Source: Parcubacteria group bacterium (GTDB lineage Bacteria > Patescibacteriota > Minisyncoccia > Moranbacterales > UBA9337). Taken from it: 64,000 bases of DNA. The position numbers were made by a program, and so were the translations under genes. Location of the stretch: the NCBI GenBank assembly GCA_041662245.1, contig JBAZSW010000001.1, forward strand, positions 11,714-75,713. The letters are read 5' to 3'. Numbering within the stretch: the stretch's first letter is position 1; every line of letters starts with the position of its first letter. The notes under the pieces are model-generated. The model did no database searches, was not told the origin of the DNA, and worked only from the letters and a program-made list of their open reading frames with translations. This document shows positions 7,960 to 19,397 of this stretch, one piece after another.

Positions 7960-10900
7960 TTACTTTTTTTCTTTAATAAAAGTAATAAATAATACCGGCA
8001 CCAAAAACAAAGTTAAAAATGAAGATAACACAAGACCAAAGATAACGGCGCTCCCAAGAGCTCGCCACATTTCGTTAGAGAGAGTGATGGGTATTATTCC
8101 AAAAATAGTGCAAATGGAAGTAACAAAGATTGCTTCTAATCTAGATTTTCCCGCATCAATTACTGAATCATAAAATGGAATATTACTTTTAATGTTAAGA
8201 TTTATTTTATCAATCAAAATAATAGCATTTTTAACTACGATTCCAAAGAGAGCTAAAATTCCAATTAATCCTGGAAAACTCAAGCTGATTCCAAAGATGG
8301 CTAATCCGAGGAATGTCCCAATAAGAGCAAGGGGTAAAGTCACCAAGACGATAGCAGATTTTTTGAAAGAATTAAATTGGATAATCATTGTGGAAAAGAT
8401 TAAGATACCTGCAATAATCATTGCTCGCAATATGGAGGCAACCGACTCGGCATTTTGTTCATTTTCTCCTCCGTAAGTAATAGTGTAACCTTCGGGCAAT
8501 TGATAGCTATCCTTTAATTTTTTTTGAAACTCAGCTAAGATCTGATTAGAATTAGTAGTTTTTTTTGCATCTGCAGTTAAAAGAACAACTCTTTTTTGAT
8601 CAATATGCTCAATTGATTCTACTGATGGCTTTAGCTCAATTTTGGCTACATCTTTAATATAGACTGGCTGACCTAATTTATTTAATATCTGTAAATTTTG
8701 AATTGACTCCAGAGAGGGTATTTTAGTTTCATCAAATTTTGCTACGATATCAATAGTTTTATTGCCAGAAATTATTTTGGAAACAGTCGTTCCTGAGATA
8801 GCCATTCTCAAAGTACTACCCACTAGAGAGGCGTTTAAGTTGTAAAGTTCCATCTTGGCCACATCAAGTTTAAAAGTGTATTCTGCCGGAGAGTCTTTTA
8901 GGGAAATGTCGCTGTTAATAGTCCCTGAAATTGAATCTAAAATGGGTTTCAAGTCAGAAGCAATTTTGTCTAGGGTCTGAAGATCATCGCCAATTATTTG
9001 GGCTTGGAAAGCTGCTCCGGAAGGCGGTCCCCCTGAAGGACTACTCACAGTAATCACTGCTTCTTGGATGCCTTTGATATCATTCCTTATTTCATCGGCT
9101 AATTCATAAGATTTTTTAGTTCTCTCTTTTTCAGAAACTAATTTTATCGTTATAGAAGCGGTATTAGAACTGCTTTTTGTTAAACCTATCCTATGACCAC
9201 CCAATCCCGGATTGCCTACCAATGTCGAAAAATTTTCTATTTCAGGATATTTATAGAGATTTTCCTCCACTCGTTGGATAATTTTATCGGATTGTTGTAA
9301 ATTGAGTCCAGAAGGTGCACGCATACTAACGTAAATTTCTTCACTGTCTGATGCAGTAAAAAATTCAGTTTTGACAATTCCAAAAAAGGGAAGTGCCATT
9401 GAAAAAATAAAAAGAATTAAAATAAAAGAAATAAAGGTCCAACGTGTCCTTTTTGTTTTGGTTATCTTTTTAAGATAATTTTCATAAATAGGCAAGACTT
9501 TGTCGAAATGAATAATTCCGTGAATTAACTTTTGGGAAAAGTCATTGGATTCTTGATTGCCTTGAGAAAGAAGTTTCTTTTTTATAAGTTCGTCATCTTT
9601 CCACTCCTGCTGTGCTAGTAAATCGTTTCTTTCTAAAATGTTTTGTCCTTTTTTAAAATACCAAAAGAGCATCCAAAAAATAATAGCAAGAAATATTATA
9701 GCAAAAATATATCCATAAATATTGTGTAAAGTGATGCTAAAAATTCCAAACAACAATAAAAGAGAAATAATTAAAAGGAAGAATTTTTTGGTCATTCGAA
9801 TTCTTTCCAGTACCGCTGCTAGAGGATGATTTATCATAAGAGCAATAAGTAAAGAAGAAACTAGCGTTACAGAAACCGTAATGGGGATTGATTTGATATA
9901 TTCCCCGATCATTCCGCTGGCCATAAGTAAAGGCAAAAAGGCCCAAACGGTAGCTAGCGTTGTCGTGGTAAGTACAATTTTAAAATCGTTCAGTACCAAT
10001 AATACGGCTTCTTCGGGAGTGAATTTACCAGTTTTCATATATTGTTTGGTAGCGCTTACTACCACGATTGCGTCATCAACTAATAATCCTAACGCAAGTA
10101 GAAGAGAGAAAATTGAAAGAAAATTTAAAGATGTTCCCGTAGCTAACATCACGCCGAAAGTAGAGAAGAAAACTAGTGGAATAGCTAAGCCAGCCACAAA
10201 GGCTTCCTTGAGCCCTACCACCAAAAACAAAACGCCTACTACTAGAATTAGTGTAATGATAAAATCATGAGCCAATTGATCAAAGTCTTGTTTAATTAAA
10301 TCGGCTTGGTTTACAGTAGTAAAGTAACTAAATCCTTGGGGAAAATTTTTGATTTGATCTTCAATTATTGTTTTTGATTGACTGACGGTGTCAAGAATAG
10401 ATCCACCTGTTCTTTTTACAATTTGGATGCTAACTGCTTCTTGAGTTGGGTCTCCTTTATTAGAAAAACGAGAGATAACTGTTTTTTTGATAGCTTTTTC
10501 TTCTACTTTGGCAATATCTTTTAAATAAACTATAGAATTATTTTGTCCATGTAAGATAGGAATATTTCCTAGATCTTGAGCATTGTAAAAACGAGCATCA
10601 GTTCTGACGGGATAATCGTATTTTGTTCCTTCAAAATTTCCCGAAGGAATAGCTATATTAGTAGCTGAAACAATTTGGTTGGCTTGTTCTGGAGAAATAT
10701 TAAAAAATGACAATTTCTCAGGATCGTAAGAAATATCAAACTCTCGCTCATCTCCTCCAGAAATATTTACTTCACGAATATCAGATACTTTTTCTAATTC
10801 AGTCTGAATTTTTTCAGCGTATTCTCTAAGAACAAATCCATTATAAGGTCCGGTTAATTCAAAGGTGACAATAGGCGTATCATCTAAAGATATCTCCACC

Positions 10901-11388
10901 ACTTCTGGATCGTTGGCTTCAGAGGGGATGTCACTGCGAATAGTGGATAATTTATCGCGAAGTTTTCTGATAGATCCTTCTAGATCTTGCTTGGCATCGA
11001 ATTCAACAGTTACTGAGGAAAAAGAGTTGGTAGATTGAGAAGTAATTTTGTTTATCCCAGAAATTCCCGAAATATCTGTTTCAATTTTTTTGGTAACCAA
11101 TTCTTCTACATCAGCCGGAGAGGCTCCCGGATAGACAGCCGTGACTATGGCTGTAGGTATTTTTACTTCAGGGCTAGATTCGCGCGGAAGTTTTATATAA
11201 GAGTATATTCCCCAACCAGAAAGAAGCATTATCAACAAAACTACTACTCTAAAATTAACTATAAAAAAATTAAGCCAACCTTTAGTTAACTCTGGATTAA
11301 ATTTAAGTCTTTCTAAATAAGCCAAATCACTGGATTTAATTTGCTTTTCTTTCGGCTTATTGCTGCTTGAAGTGAATGTATTTTTCAT
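7960..11388 (-). CDS. RND-family efflux transporter permease (AcrB/MMPL-like).
   Basis: 1142-aa protein. Multiple TM clusters and AcrB-like periplasmic loop motifs (TAIVTAVYPGASPADVEELVTKKIE). Confidence 0.8.
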   Translation of the reverse strand: MKNTFTSSSNKPKEKQIKSSDLAYLERLKFNPELTKGWLNFFIVNFRVVVLLIMLLSGWGIYSYIKLPRESSPEVKIPTAIVTAVYPGASPADVEELVTKKIETDISGISGINKITSQSTNSFSSVTVEFDAKQDLEGSIRKLRDKLSTIRSDIPSEANDPEVVEISLDDTPIVTFELTGPYNGFVLREYAEKIQTELEKVSDIREVNISGGDEREFDISYDPEKLSFFNISPEQANQIVSATNIAIPSGNFEGTKYDYPVRTDARFYNAQDLGNIPILHGQNNSIVYLKDIAKVEEKAIKKTVISRFSNKGDPTQEAVSIQIVKRTGGSILDTVSQSKTIIEDQIKNFPQGFSYFTTVNQADLIKQDFDQLAHDFIITLILVVGVLFLVVGLKEAFVAGLAIPLVFFSTFGVMLATGTSLNFLSIFSLLLALGLLVDDAIVVVSATKQYMKTGKFTPEEAVLLVLNDFKIVLTTTTLATVWAFLPLLMASGMIGEYIKSIPITVSVTLVSSLLIALMINHPLAAVLERIRMTKKFFLLIISLLLLFGIFSITLHNIYGYIFAIIFLAIIFWMLFWYFKKGQNILERNDLLAQQEWKDDELIKKKLLSQGNQESNDFSQKLIHGIIHFDKVLPIYENYLKKITKTKRTRWTFISFILILFIFSMALPFFGIVKTEFFTASDSEEIYVSMRAPSGLNLQQSDKIIQRVEENLYKYPEIENFSTLVGNPGLGGHRIGLTKSSSNTASITIKLVSEKERTKKSYELADEIRNDIKGIQEAVITVSSPSGGPPSGAAFQAQIIGDDLQTLDKIASDLKPILDSISGTINSDISLKDSPAEYTFKLDVAKMELYNLNASLVGSTLRMAISGTTVSKIISGNKTIDIVAKFDETKIPSLESIQNLQILNKLGQPVYIKDVAKIELKPSVESIEHIDQKRVVLLTADAKKTTNSNQILAEFQKKLKDSYQLPEGYTITYGGENEQNAESVASILRAMIIAGILIFSTMIIQFNSFKKSAIVLVTLPLALIGTFLGLAIFGISLSFPGLIGILALFGIVVKNAIILIDKINLNIKSNIPFYDSVIDAGKSRLEAIFVTSICTIFGIIPITLSNEMWRALGSAVIFGLVLSSFLTLFLVPVLFITFIKEKK

Positions 11389-11418
11389 TGAACTTGAATT
11401 AAGATTAAGGGAGATTAA

Positions 11419-12492
11419 TTATTTGTTTTTTACAGTAACTTTATCTCCATCTTGAAGTAGTTTATTGCCCTCTAAAATGATTTGAGTTTCAGCTGTAATA
11501 TCGGTTTTAATTTCAGCCATTTCTCCATCAACTCTAACAATTTTCACGCTCACTTTTTGTGCTTGATTATTTTTATTTATGAATATAAAACTTTCATTTT
11601 GTCCAATAGTAATAGCCGAAAGAGGCAATATCAAATTTCCAGCTGTTTGCGGAGAATAGTTGAAATCAAAAGTTACTGTTACTACAGAGCCAATAATTAG
11701 AGGTTTTTTATCATTGGGCATTGCTTCAATGAGGAATCTTTTGGTAGTTTCGTCCGCTTGAGGAGCTATTTTGGTTACTTTTCCTTCGATAGTGACATCG
11801 TTTTCAGTTATAAAAATGTCCGAACCAATTTTCAAATTAGCCACTTCATTTTTGTCTACGAAAAATTGGACTTTAGTTAAATCGGTTTTGGATAGTGTAG
11901 CTAATGTTTGTCCAAGATTAACAGAATCTCCTTGAGAAATATATTTTTGAATAATAGTTCCGGTTATAGGGGCGGTAAGTAGTTGATTGTCCAGTGATCC
12001 ATTTAGGGCATTTTGAGCAGCGATTAGGTTTATTTTAGCTATTTCTCTGGTCTTTTTATTAGCGTAAGATTGAGTCTTTTGATAGTTTTCTTTAGCTAAC
12101 TTGTAGCTTTTTTCGGCAGATTGAACTGCTGACTCTAGAGCTTGAATTTGTCCACTTCTCAAGCCATTCTCTCCAACAGTAGAATTATTACCACGAGAGT
12201 CAATGGTGATTATATTTTGCCCCAGATAGACCTTTTTGCCTAAATCAAAGTTGAGCTTGGTGATAGTTCCGCTGGCAGTAGCGATAATATTGACCTGTTG
12301 GTCGCTGGCGATAATGGCAGGGTATCGGATACTCTTTTTAAAAGTAGCGCTATCCTTGACACTTTGGGTGGTGATATTAATAGGATTTTTGGTGATAGCA
12401 TCTTCAACAACAGTTTTCTTTTGCGAAAATCTAAAAGCCAAAGTGACAATAACTAAAATAATTATAAAAGAAGCGAATAACTTTAATTTCAT
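11419..12492 (-). CDS. Efflux RND/HlyD-family periplasmic adaptor subunit.
   Basis: N-terminal TM, coiled-coil region and beta-barrel/lipoyl-like segments. Immediately upstream of the RND permease in the same orientation. Confidence 0.75.
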   Translation of the reverse strand: MKLKLFASFIIILVIVTLAFRFSQKKTVVEDAITKNPINITTQSVKDSATFKKSIRYPAIIASDQQVNIIATASGTITKLNFDLGKKVYLGQNIITIDSRGNNSTVGENGLRSGQIQALESAVQSAEKSYKLAKENYQKTQSYANKKTREIAKINLIAAQNALNGSLDNQLLTAPITGTIIQKYISQGDSVNLGQTLATLSKTDLTKVQFFVDKNEVANLKIGSDIFITENDVTIEGKVTKIAPQADETTKRFLIEAMPNDKKPLIIGSVVTVTFDFNYSPQTAGNLILPLSAITIGQNESFIFINKNNQAQKVSVKIVRVDGEMAEIKTDITAETQIILEGNKLLQDGDKVTVKNK

Positions 12493-12511
12493 ACATTTTT
12501 AGATTAGATAA

Positions 12512-12976
12512 TTATTTATTAAAGATTTCTTTTAGTTTAGAATCTTCCTCTTCTAGAAAAATTATTAATTTTTGCATAAATTTTATGTGGCCAGAAATTT
12601 CTTTTCTAGAAAAATATTTTTCTTTGGACAGATGAAATTTTTTAATTTTTTGCATAGCTTCTTTAACCTTGCTTTCCCCTAGCGAAGTTATTTTTAAAAA
12701 AGTTTCTCTCCCATCTTTATTATTTTCATTCTTTATCCTAATAATGAAACCATTCCTCTCTAAGATAGCCAGTCTTTGGCTAATATTAGACTTGGATTTA
12801 CCGGTTAGCCGTATTAATTCCTTGGCAGTAGTGGTTTTCTTGCTATTTACATAACCAAGAACTCGCATAGAGGATAGCGACATATTCATAGGGCCAAAAA
12901 TATATTTATTGGCCATGGATTCAATTTTTTCTCCGATAAAGATAAAATCTTCAGAGGGAATTTTTATACATGGCAT
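12512..12976 (-). CDS. MarR-family winged-helix transcriptional regulator.
   Basis: TTAKELIRLTGKSKSNISQRLAILERNGFIIR helix-turn-helix. Heads the adaptor-RND operon. Confidence 0.7.
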   Translation of the reverse strand: MPCIKIPSEDFIFIGEKIESMANKYIFGPMNMSLSSMRVLGYVNSKKTTTAKELIRLTGKSKSNISQRLAILERNGFIIRIKNENNKDGRETFLKITSLGESKVKEAMQKIKKFHLSKEKYFSRKEISGHIKFMQKLIIFLEEEDSKLKEIFNK

Positions 12977-13169
12977 AACTAAAGTAGTTTATCAGTAAAC
13001 TATCTGTATGTCAATAATTAATTGATTTACATAGAGAAGAATCAATAAGTTACTAGCAACTGTTTGATTAAATTAACAAAATTTTTCCTAAGCAAGTGTT
13101 ACGTAATTTAATTTTACTTAAATCTTATCCTATATTACAATTAATAAACAAGACGAGTTTTTTAATTTT

Positions 13170-14366
13170 ATGCAATACTCAGTTTCAAAAAAACTAAAAG
13201 TTTCTTTAATAATCCTATTGGGAATAGTGGTGGTCTTAGGGTTGGTATTAATTTTTAAAAAAATATCTGATAATAAGAAGGCTCAAGACAAAATTATTTT
13301 TGAAAATAAAGGGGATGAGTATTGGGAAGACGATTCTAAATTAAGATCTCTTTTGCCAATAGATAGTTTTACTCCCCCGCCTCCTCCTCCCAAGATGGAA
13401 AAGATGAAGACTGCTGGTTGCGTGGCAGATGGGGTATTGAATGATTATACTTCTGGCACTGATGGATTGATAAAGCTTATCAATCGATCAAACTGTTATT
13501 ATTTGCATCGTGCCATTGAAACTTGGTTGGAACCGCCTGATTTTAAAGAAATCACTAAAAATATTCAAAAAATTCAAAAAGTGGATATTGTTTATGGGAT
13601 GTTTATTGCTGAAGCTATTGATACTAAAGCGAATTATTACTATGATACGGGCGGTAGAGATTTTGATTTTGATAAAATGTGTCGAGATGGAAGTAAAAAT
13701 TTCTGGGGGGAGCATACGTGTAAGCCCACTTTATCCAAAAAAGAATATCAGCGATATGTATTAAATATTACCAAAAAAGCCATGGATCTAGGCGTGCAAA
13801 GTTTTATGTTTGGAGAGGTTTTTTATCAGGACTATGTTTCTGATCCATCAATTGGAACAGTAATGGAAAAGATGAGAAAATATGCTGCTCTAAAGGGGAT
13901 GAAAATTGTGATTGGAGCTCAGACGAATGATATTGAGGATGAAAGCTATTTAAGGCAGTTTGATTTTATTGAAGGCGGAGTAGGTCTAAATTCTAATGGT
14001 ACGATTGAAGACGGTCCTTGCTATTCAAGGTGGTATAAACAAGAAGGTGATTGGTGCTGGGCACTTCTTTGGCATGATAGATTTGCCAAAAAAGCCAATA
14101 ATGTTTTTACTCACTTGGACTGGAGTGGCAAAAGAGGAGATGATATGAGTACTTTTGCTTTAATGAGTCAAAATGAACGTGCTCGTACCCTTAAATATCT
14201 AGATGATTATTTCACCAAGAGAAATGTCGGCTTTCTGATGCCGATTTCCGCAATTCTTCCTAAAGATAATGGAGGATGCCACGGGCGATCGGAAAGATTT
14301 TATTCGGCTGATAATAAATATTCTTGTAAAGATGAGGACGCAATAAATAGCTTGTTGGAGCAGTAG
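13170..14366 (+). CDS. Hypothetical membrane-anchored extracytoplasmic protein with a poly-Pro linker.
   Basis: N-terminal TM, PPPPPPK linker, Cys-containing globular domain. No recognisable family. Confidence 0.45.
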   Translation: MQYSVSKKLKVSLIILLGIVVVLGLVLIFKKISDNKKAQDKIIFENKGDEYWEDDSKLRSLLPIDSFTPPPPPPKMEKMKTAGCVADGVLNDYTSGTDGLIKLINRSNCYYLHRAIETWLEPPDFKEITKNIQKIQKVDIVYGMFIAEAIDTKANYYYDTGGRDFDFDKMCRDGSKNFWGEHTCKPTLSKKEYQRYVLNITKKAMDLGVQSFMFGEVFYQDYVSDPSIGTVMEKMRKYAALKGMKIVIGAQTNDIEDESYLRQFDFIEGGVGLNSNGTIEDGPCYSRWYKQEGDWCWALLWHDRFAKKANNVFTHLDWSGKRGDDMSTFALMSQNERARTLKYLDDYFTKRNVGFLMPISAILPKDNGGCHGRSERFYSADNKYSCKDEDAINSLLEQ

Positions 14367-14460
14367 CGTAGCTATTTCAAAAATTTTATGCAATATTAAA
14401 AAACTATTATATTTTGTTTGAATCCCAAGGGGCTACTAACTAAAAGCTAATGACTTACAT

Positions 14461-15243
14461 ATGAATATTATTGAAATTGAAAGTAAAGATAATAAGAAGA
14501 TAAAAGAATTAAACAAATTAAAGTTAAAGAAATATCGTCAGAAGTCAGGATTGTTTGTAGTGGAGAATTGGAAGATAATCCAAGATGCCTTTCGGAGTGA
14601 TATTTGCTTTAAGGAAGTCTTTTTAACTAAGGATTTTTTAAATAGAAACAAGGAGGAGTTGGCAGATACTCTTGGTGAGAACGGAAGCGTTTTTCTGGTG
14701 GCAGATAGTATTGGCAAAAATTTTTCTTCCTTAGAATCACCTCAAGGAATTTGGGCTATTTATGAAATAAGAGAAAAGCAAATTGATTTCAAAAAGGATA
14801 TTATTTATCTCAATGGTATTAATGATCCGGGAAATTTGGGTACAATTTTAAGAAGTAGCTTAGCTTTTGGATTAGAAAACATTGTTTTGGATGAGAAATG
14901 TGTAGATATCTATAATCCAAAGGTTATTCAGGCCGCTAAAGATGCTATATTTAAATTAAATCTAGCTTTTGATAAAAATAAAGAAATCATCAGAAAAATT
15001 AAAGAAAAAGATATTAAAGTTTATATAACCAGTGTTAAACAAGGGGAAAATTCTTCTGATATTTTTAGCTCTGATGAAAAAAAATGTATCGTACTGGGGA
15101 GCGAAAGTCATGGAGTAGAGGAATTTTTAGAAAAAGAGGCGGATAAATTTATTAATATAAAAACTACATCCAAGATAGAATCTTTAAACGTAGCTATTAG
15201 TGCAGGAATAATTTTTTATGAACTATTCAAGCAACGAAAGTAG
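14461..15243 (+). CDS. TrmH/SpoU-family RNA 2'-O-methyltransferase.
   Basis: NDPGNLGTILRSSLAFGLENIVL SpoU motif and the C-terminal VAISAGIIFYE motif. Confidence 0.75.
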   Translation: MNIIEIESKDNKKIKELNKLKLKKYRQKSGLFVVENWKIIQDAFRSDICFKEVFLTKDFLNRNKEELADTLGENGSVFLVADSIGKNFSSLESPQGIWAIYEIREKQIDFKKDIIYLNGINDPGNLGTILRSSLAFGLENIVLDEKCVDIYNPKVIQAAKDAIFKLNLAFDKNKEIIRKIKEKDIKVYITSVKQGENSSDIFSSDEKKCIVLGSESHGVEEFLEKEADKFINIKTTSKIESLNVAISAGIIFYELFKQRK

Positions 15244-15254
15244 ATTTTGAAAAC

Positions 15255-16106
15255 TTAAAAGAGAACGGAAAAAATAACGATAAATAAAATTAGATTTACT
15301 AAGGAGTGTTTGTGATAAAAATCTTTGGAGCCGATACTTTTTAAAACGATATCTTTGGAAATAATCAAAATTGCAATTAAGGCGATAGTCCAAATTACTT
15401 TATTGGATTGCTCGTGAGCTATTTTAAATAATGATTGGTAGTCAGAAGAGGAGGTTTTTTCTTTCGAAGATGGATTATTGTTTTTAGTTTGGACGCCCAA
15501 GATGTAGCTGTTCTTTTTATTAGAAAGAGAGCTTAGGGAATTAGAAAATATTTTGTTCTCAGGAGTGCCAAAAACTGTAACTGTGATATTAGATTTTTTA
15601 CCATTAATCATTCCACTTCCAGTTGCAATTCCAATTTCGCTAAAGTTAGAGTTGAGGATATTTTTTTTATGAGTGGGACTGGCCATCCAAGCCTCTTGCT
15701 CTTCTTGGGCATCTTCATAATTTATTGCTAAATTTTCTCCAGCATATTTGTAAAAATAATTATTTTTATCAAACCAATACCAAGGAGTTGTCCCGCTAGG
15801 GGAAGTATGAGAAAAGTAATGATTTGCTATCATGTCATTAGCTTTGGATTGAGCTACTTTTTTTAAGGTAGAGTTCTCATTTAAGGGAAATAAATTATTT
15901 TGAGTACGACTAGTATTAATTAGATTTATTACATTTTGGGAATTTATTTCTTGAGCGTAAGCGGTATTTGAATAAAATAAAGAAAGTAAAACTCCCGTGC
16001 TTATAAAAAGCCCCAGTCGGATAATATCTAGTTTTGCAATTGTATTTGTCATAAAAATCAAATAAAAAAGCCGTTCCACCCATTTATCCTGCCTTTTTAG
16101 GGGCAA
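15255..16106 (-). CDS. CAP (SCP/PR-1-like) domain protein with a C-terminal TM anchor.
   Basis: HYFSHTSPSGTTPWYW...GENLAINYEDAQEEQEAWMASPTHKKNIL...ITVTVFG. The true start may be the internal Met (MTNTIAKL). Confidence 0.65.
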   Translation of the reverse strand: MPLKRQDKWVERLFYLIFMTNTIAKLDIIRLGLFISTGVLLSLFYSNTAYAQEINSQNVINLINTSRTQNNLFPLNENSTLKKVAQSKANDMIANHYFSHTSPSGTTPWYWFDKNNYFYKYAGENLAINYEDAQEEQEAWMASPTHKKNILNSNFSEIGIATGSGMINGKKSNITVTVFGTPENKIFSNSLSSLSNKKNSYILGVQTKNNNPSSKEKTSSSDYQSLFKIAHEQSNKVIWTIALIAILIISKDIVLKSIGSKDFYHKHSLVNLILFIVIFSVLF

Positions 16107-16368
16107 AAATGCGAAACGACGCTAATTTCTTAACTTTTCCTAATTCATTATTACAACTTGATTATAGCACAAAACATAGAAAAAATCAAGTAAATATGGA
16201 TGTGTCTTAATGCTGATGCTCTTTTAAAATCGAAAAATATGTGCTAGAATAAATGGGTTAAGTACTCAGGCCTTTAACTGAGGGTTGAGTTGGCAAATAT
16301 AAAGTATTACTAAAATAACAATAAATTTTCTAATAAGATTTACGTATCTGTATTTTTATGATGCGTAA

Positions 16369-18414
<2,046 letters not shown>

Positions 18415-18515
18415 TCTATAAATTTCAAAATTCCAATTTCAAATTTCAAATGAATTTTAAATGACTGAAATTCAAAACGAAAAACTTCTCAATAGAATGG
18501 GGAGTTTTTTTAAAA

Positions 18516-18815
18516 TTATTTTAGCCAGTTTATAATTCTAATATTATTTTTCTCCATCAAAACGACAACGTATGTTCCGCACCAAGATCCCAGCGCTAGA
18601 GGGATTATGTATAAAAAATTATTAACATAATTGATAACGCCAAAAGCCAAGAGAAAATGCATTACAAATCCAGTATTTGCAGAAGCAAAGGGCTTTTTCT
18701 TAATTACTGAATAGGTGTAATAGGCATATAGTCCATCAATGATAAAATATGAAAAAAATATTACCCCCGCAAGCGCAAAATTAAAAATTTTCCAATGATT
18801 AATTAGATTATCCAT
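18516..18815 (-). CDS. Small integral membrane protein (about 99 aa).
   Basis: The track ORF was trimmed to the internal Met (MDNLINHW...) because the longer form overlaps the tRNA-Gly gene. Three predicted TM helices. Confidence 0.45.
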   Translation of the reverse strand: MDNLINHWKIFNFALAGVIFFSYFIIDGLYAYYTYSVIKKKPFASANTGFVMHFLLAFGVINYVNNFLYIIPLALGSWCGTYVVVLMEKNNIRIINWLK

Positions 18816-18891
18816 AATATACACATTATACCTAGTTATAATTATCTTAGCCAGCAATAAAAAACAAGACCCTTCATAGTCTTGTTTTCTT

Positions 18892-18914
18892 ATCTGAGCG
18901 GGTGAAAGAAATCC
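18892..18914 (-). repeat. Degenerate copy of the tRNA-Gly 3' end (about 22 nt, same orientation as the gene), preceded by a terminator-like hairpin.
   Basis: atctgagcgggtgaaagaaatcc compared with the tRNA's atctgagcgggtgaagggaatcg. Each copy is preceded by an aaaacaNNN...hairpin. Confidence 0.6.
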
Positions 18915-19016
18915 TTTTCCTCCGTCATTCGGCGTGCCTCTCGGCACATGTCTCATTTCCTCTTCCAAAGCCTGGGTTTTTAAAAATGCAAAACTGTTTG
19001 CTTTTTTAAAATACTC

Positions 19017-19036
19017 TTCGATTCCCTTCACGCCCA
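19017..19036 (+). repeat. Inverted-orientation copy of the tRNA-Gly T-arm and acceptor 3' segment.
   Basis: ttcgattcccttcacgccc on the + strand matches the tRNA's TTCGATTCCCTTCACCCGC. Confidence 0.55.
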
Positions 19037-19085
19037 AAAATAAAACAAAACTGTGCGAAAAGCACAGTTCTGTTTTATTAATCTG

Positions 19086-19158
19086 AGCGGGTGAAGGGAA
19101 TCGAACCCTCGTCCTCAGCTTGGAAGGCTGATATAATAAGCCACTATACGACACCCGC
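19086..19158 (-). tRNA. tRNA-Gly (anticodon UCC).
   Basis: Cloverleaf folded by hand. Acceptor GCGGGTG/CACCCGC, anticodon stem TCAGC/GCTGA with loop CTTCCAA, T-loop TTCGATT, discriminator U. CCA is not encoded. Confidence 0.85.
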
Positions 19159-19397
19159 TTACGCTACGCTTCAGCGAGGCAAAGCCCGCTTTTGTTATAT
19201 TCTTATGTGTACCTTTAGTATTATAGACAAAAATAAAAATTTGTCCAGTTTTTAAATTGAGAATAGAAAAAAATATTTTAAAGTTAATCTTGAAAAAATA
19301 TTGACTTACTGTTTAGAATATGTCAAAATGAACAGTTGTCAAAATCAATGATGATAACTGTGGAAATTATCTAAGAGTACTTTAAAAGGAGAATAAC

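Noticed and set aside
9737-10270. Small ORFs 9737..9946, 9881..10270, 8192..8476 and 11035..11289.
   Set aside because: All lie inside or antisense to the 1142-aa RND transporter gene. Artefacts of AT-rich sequence.
18415-18515. CRISPR array among the AT-rich repeated motifs.
   Set aside because: The repeats are short, irregularly spaced, AT-only and scattered at gene ends. There is no repeat-spacer periodicity and no cas genes.
18816-19154. Long form of the minus-strand ORF 18516..19154.
   Set aside because: Its N-terminal third overlaps the tRNA-Gly gene and tRNA-fragment repeats. Trimmed to the internal Met at 18815.
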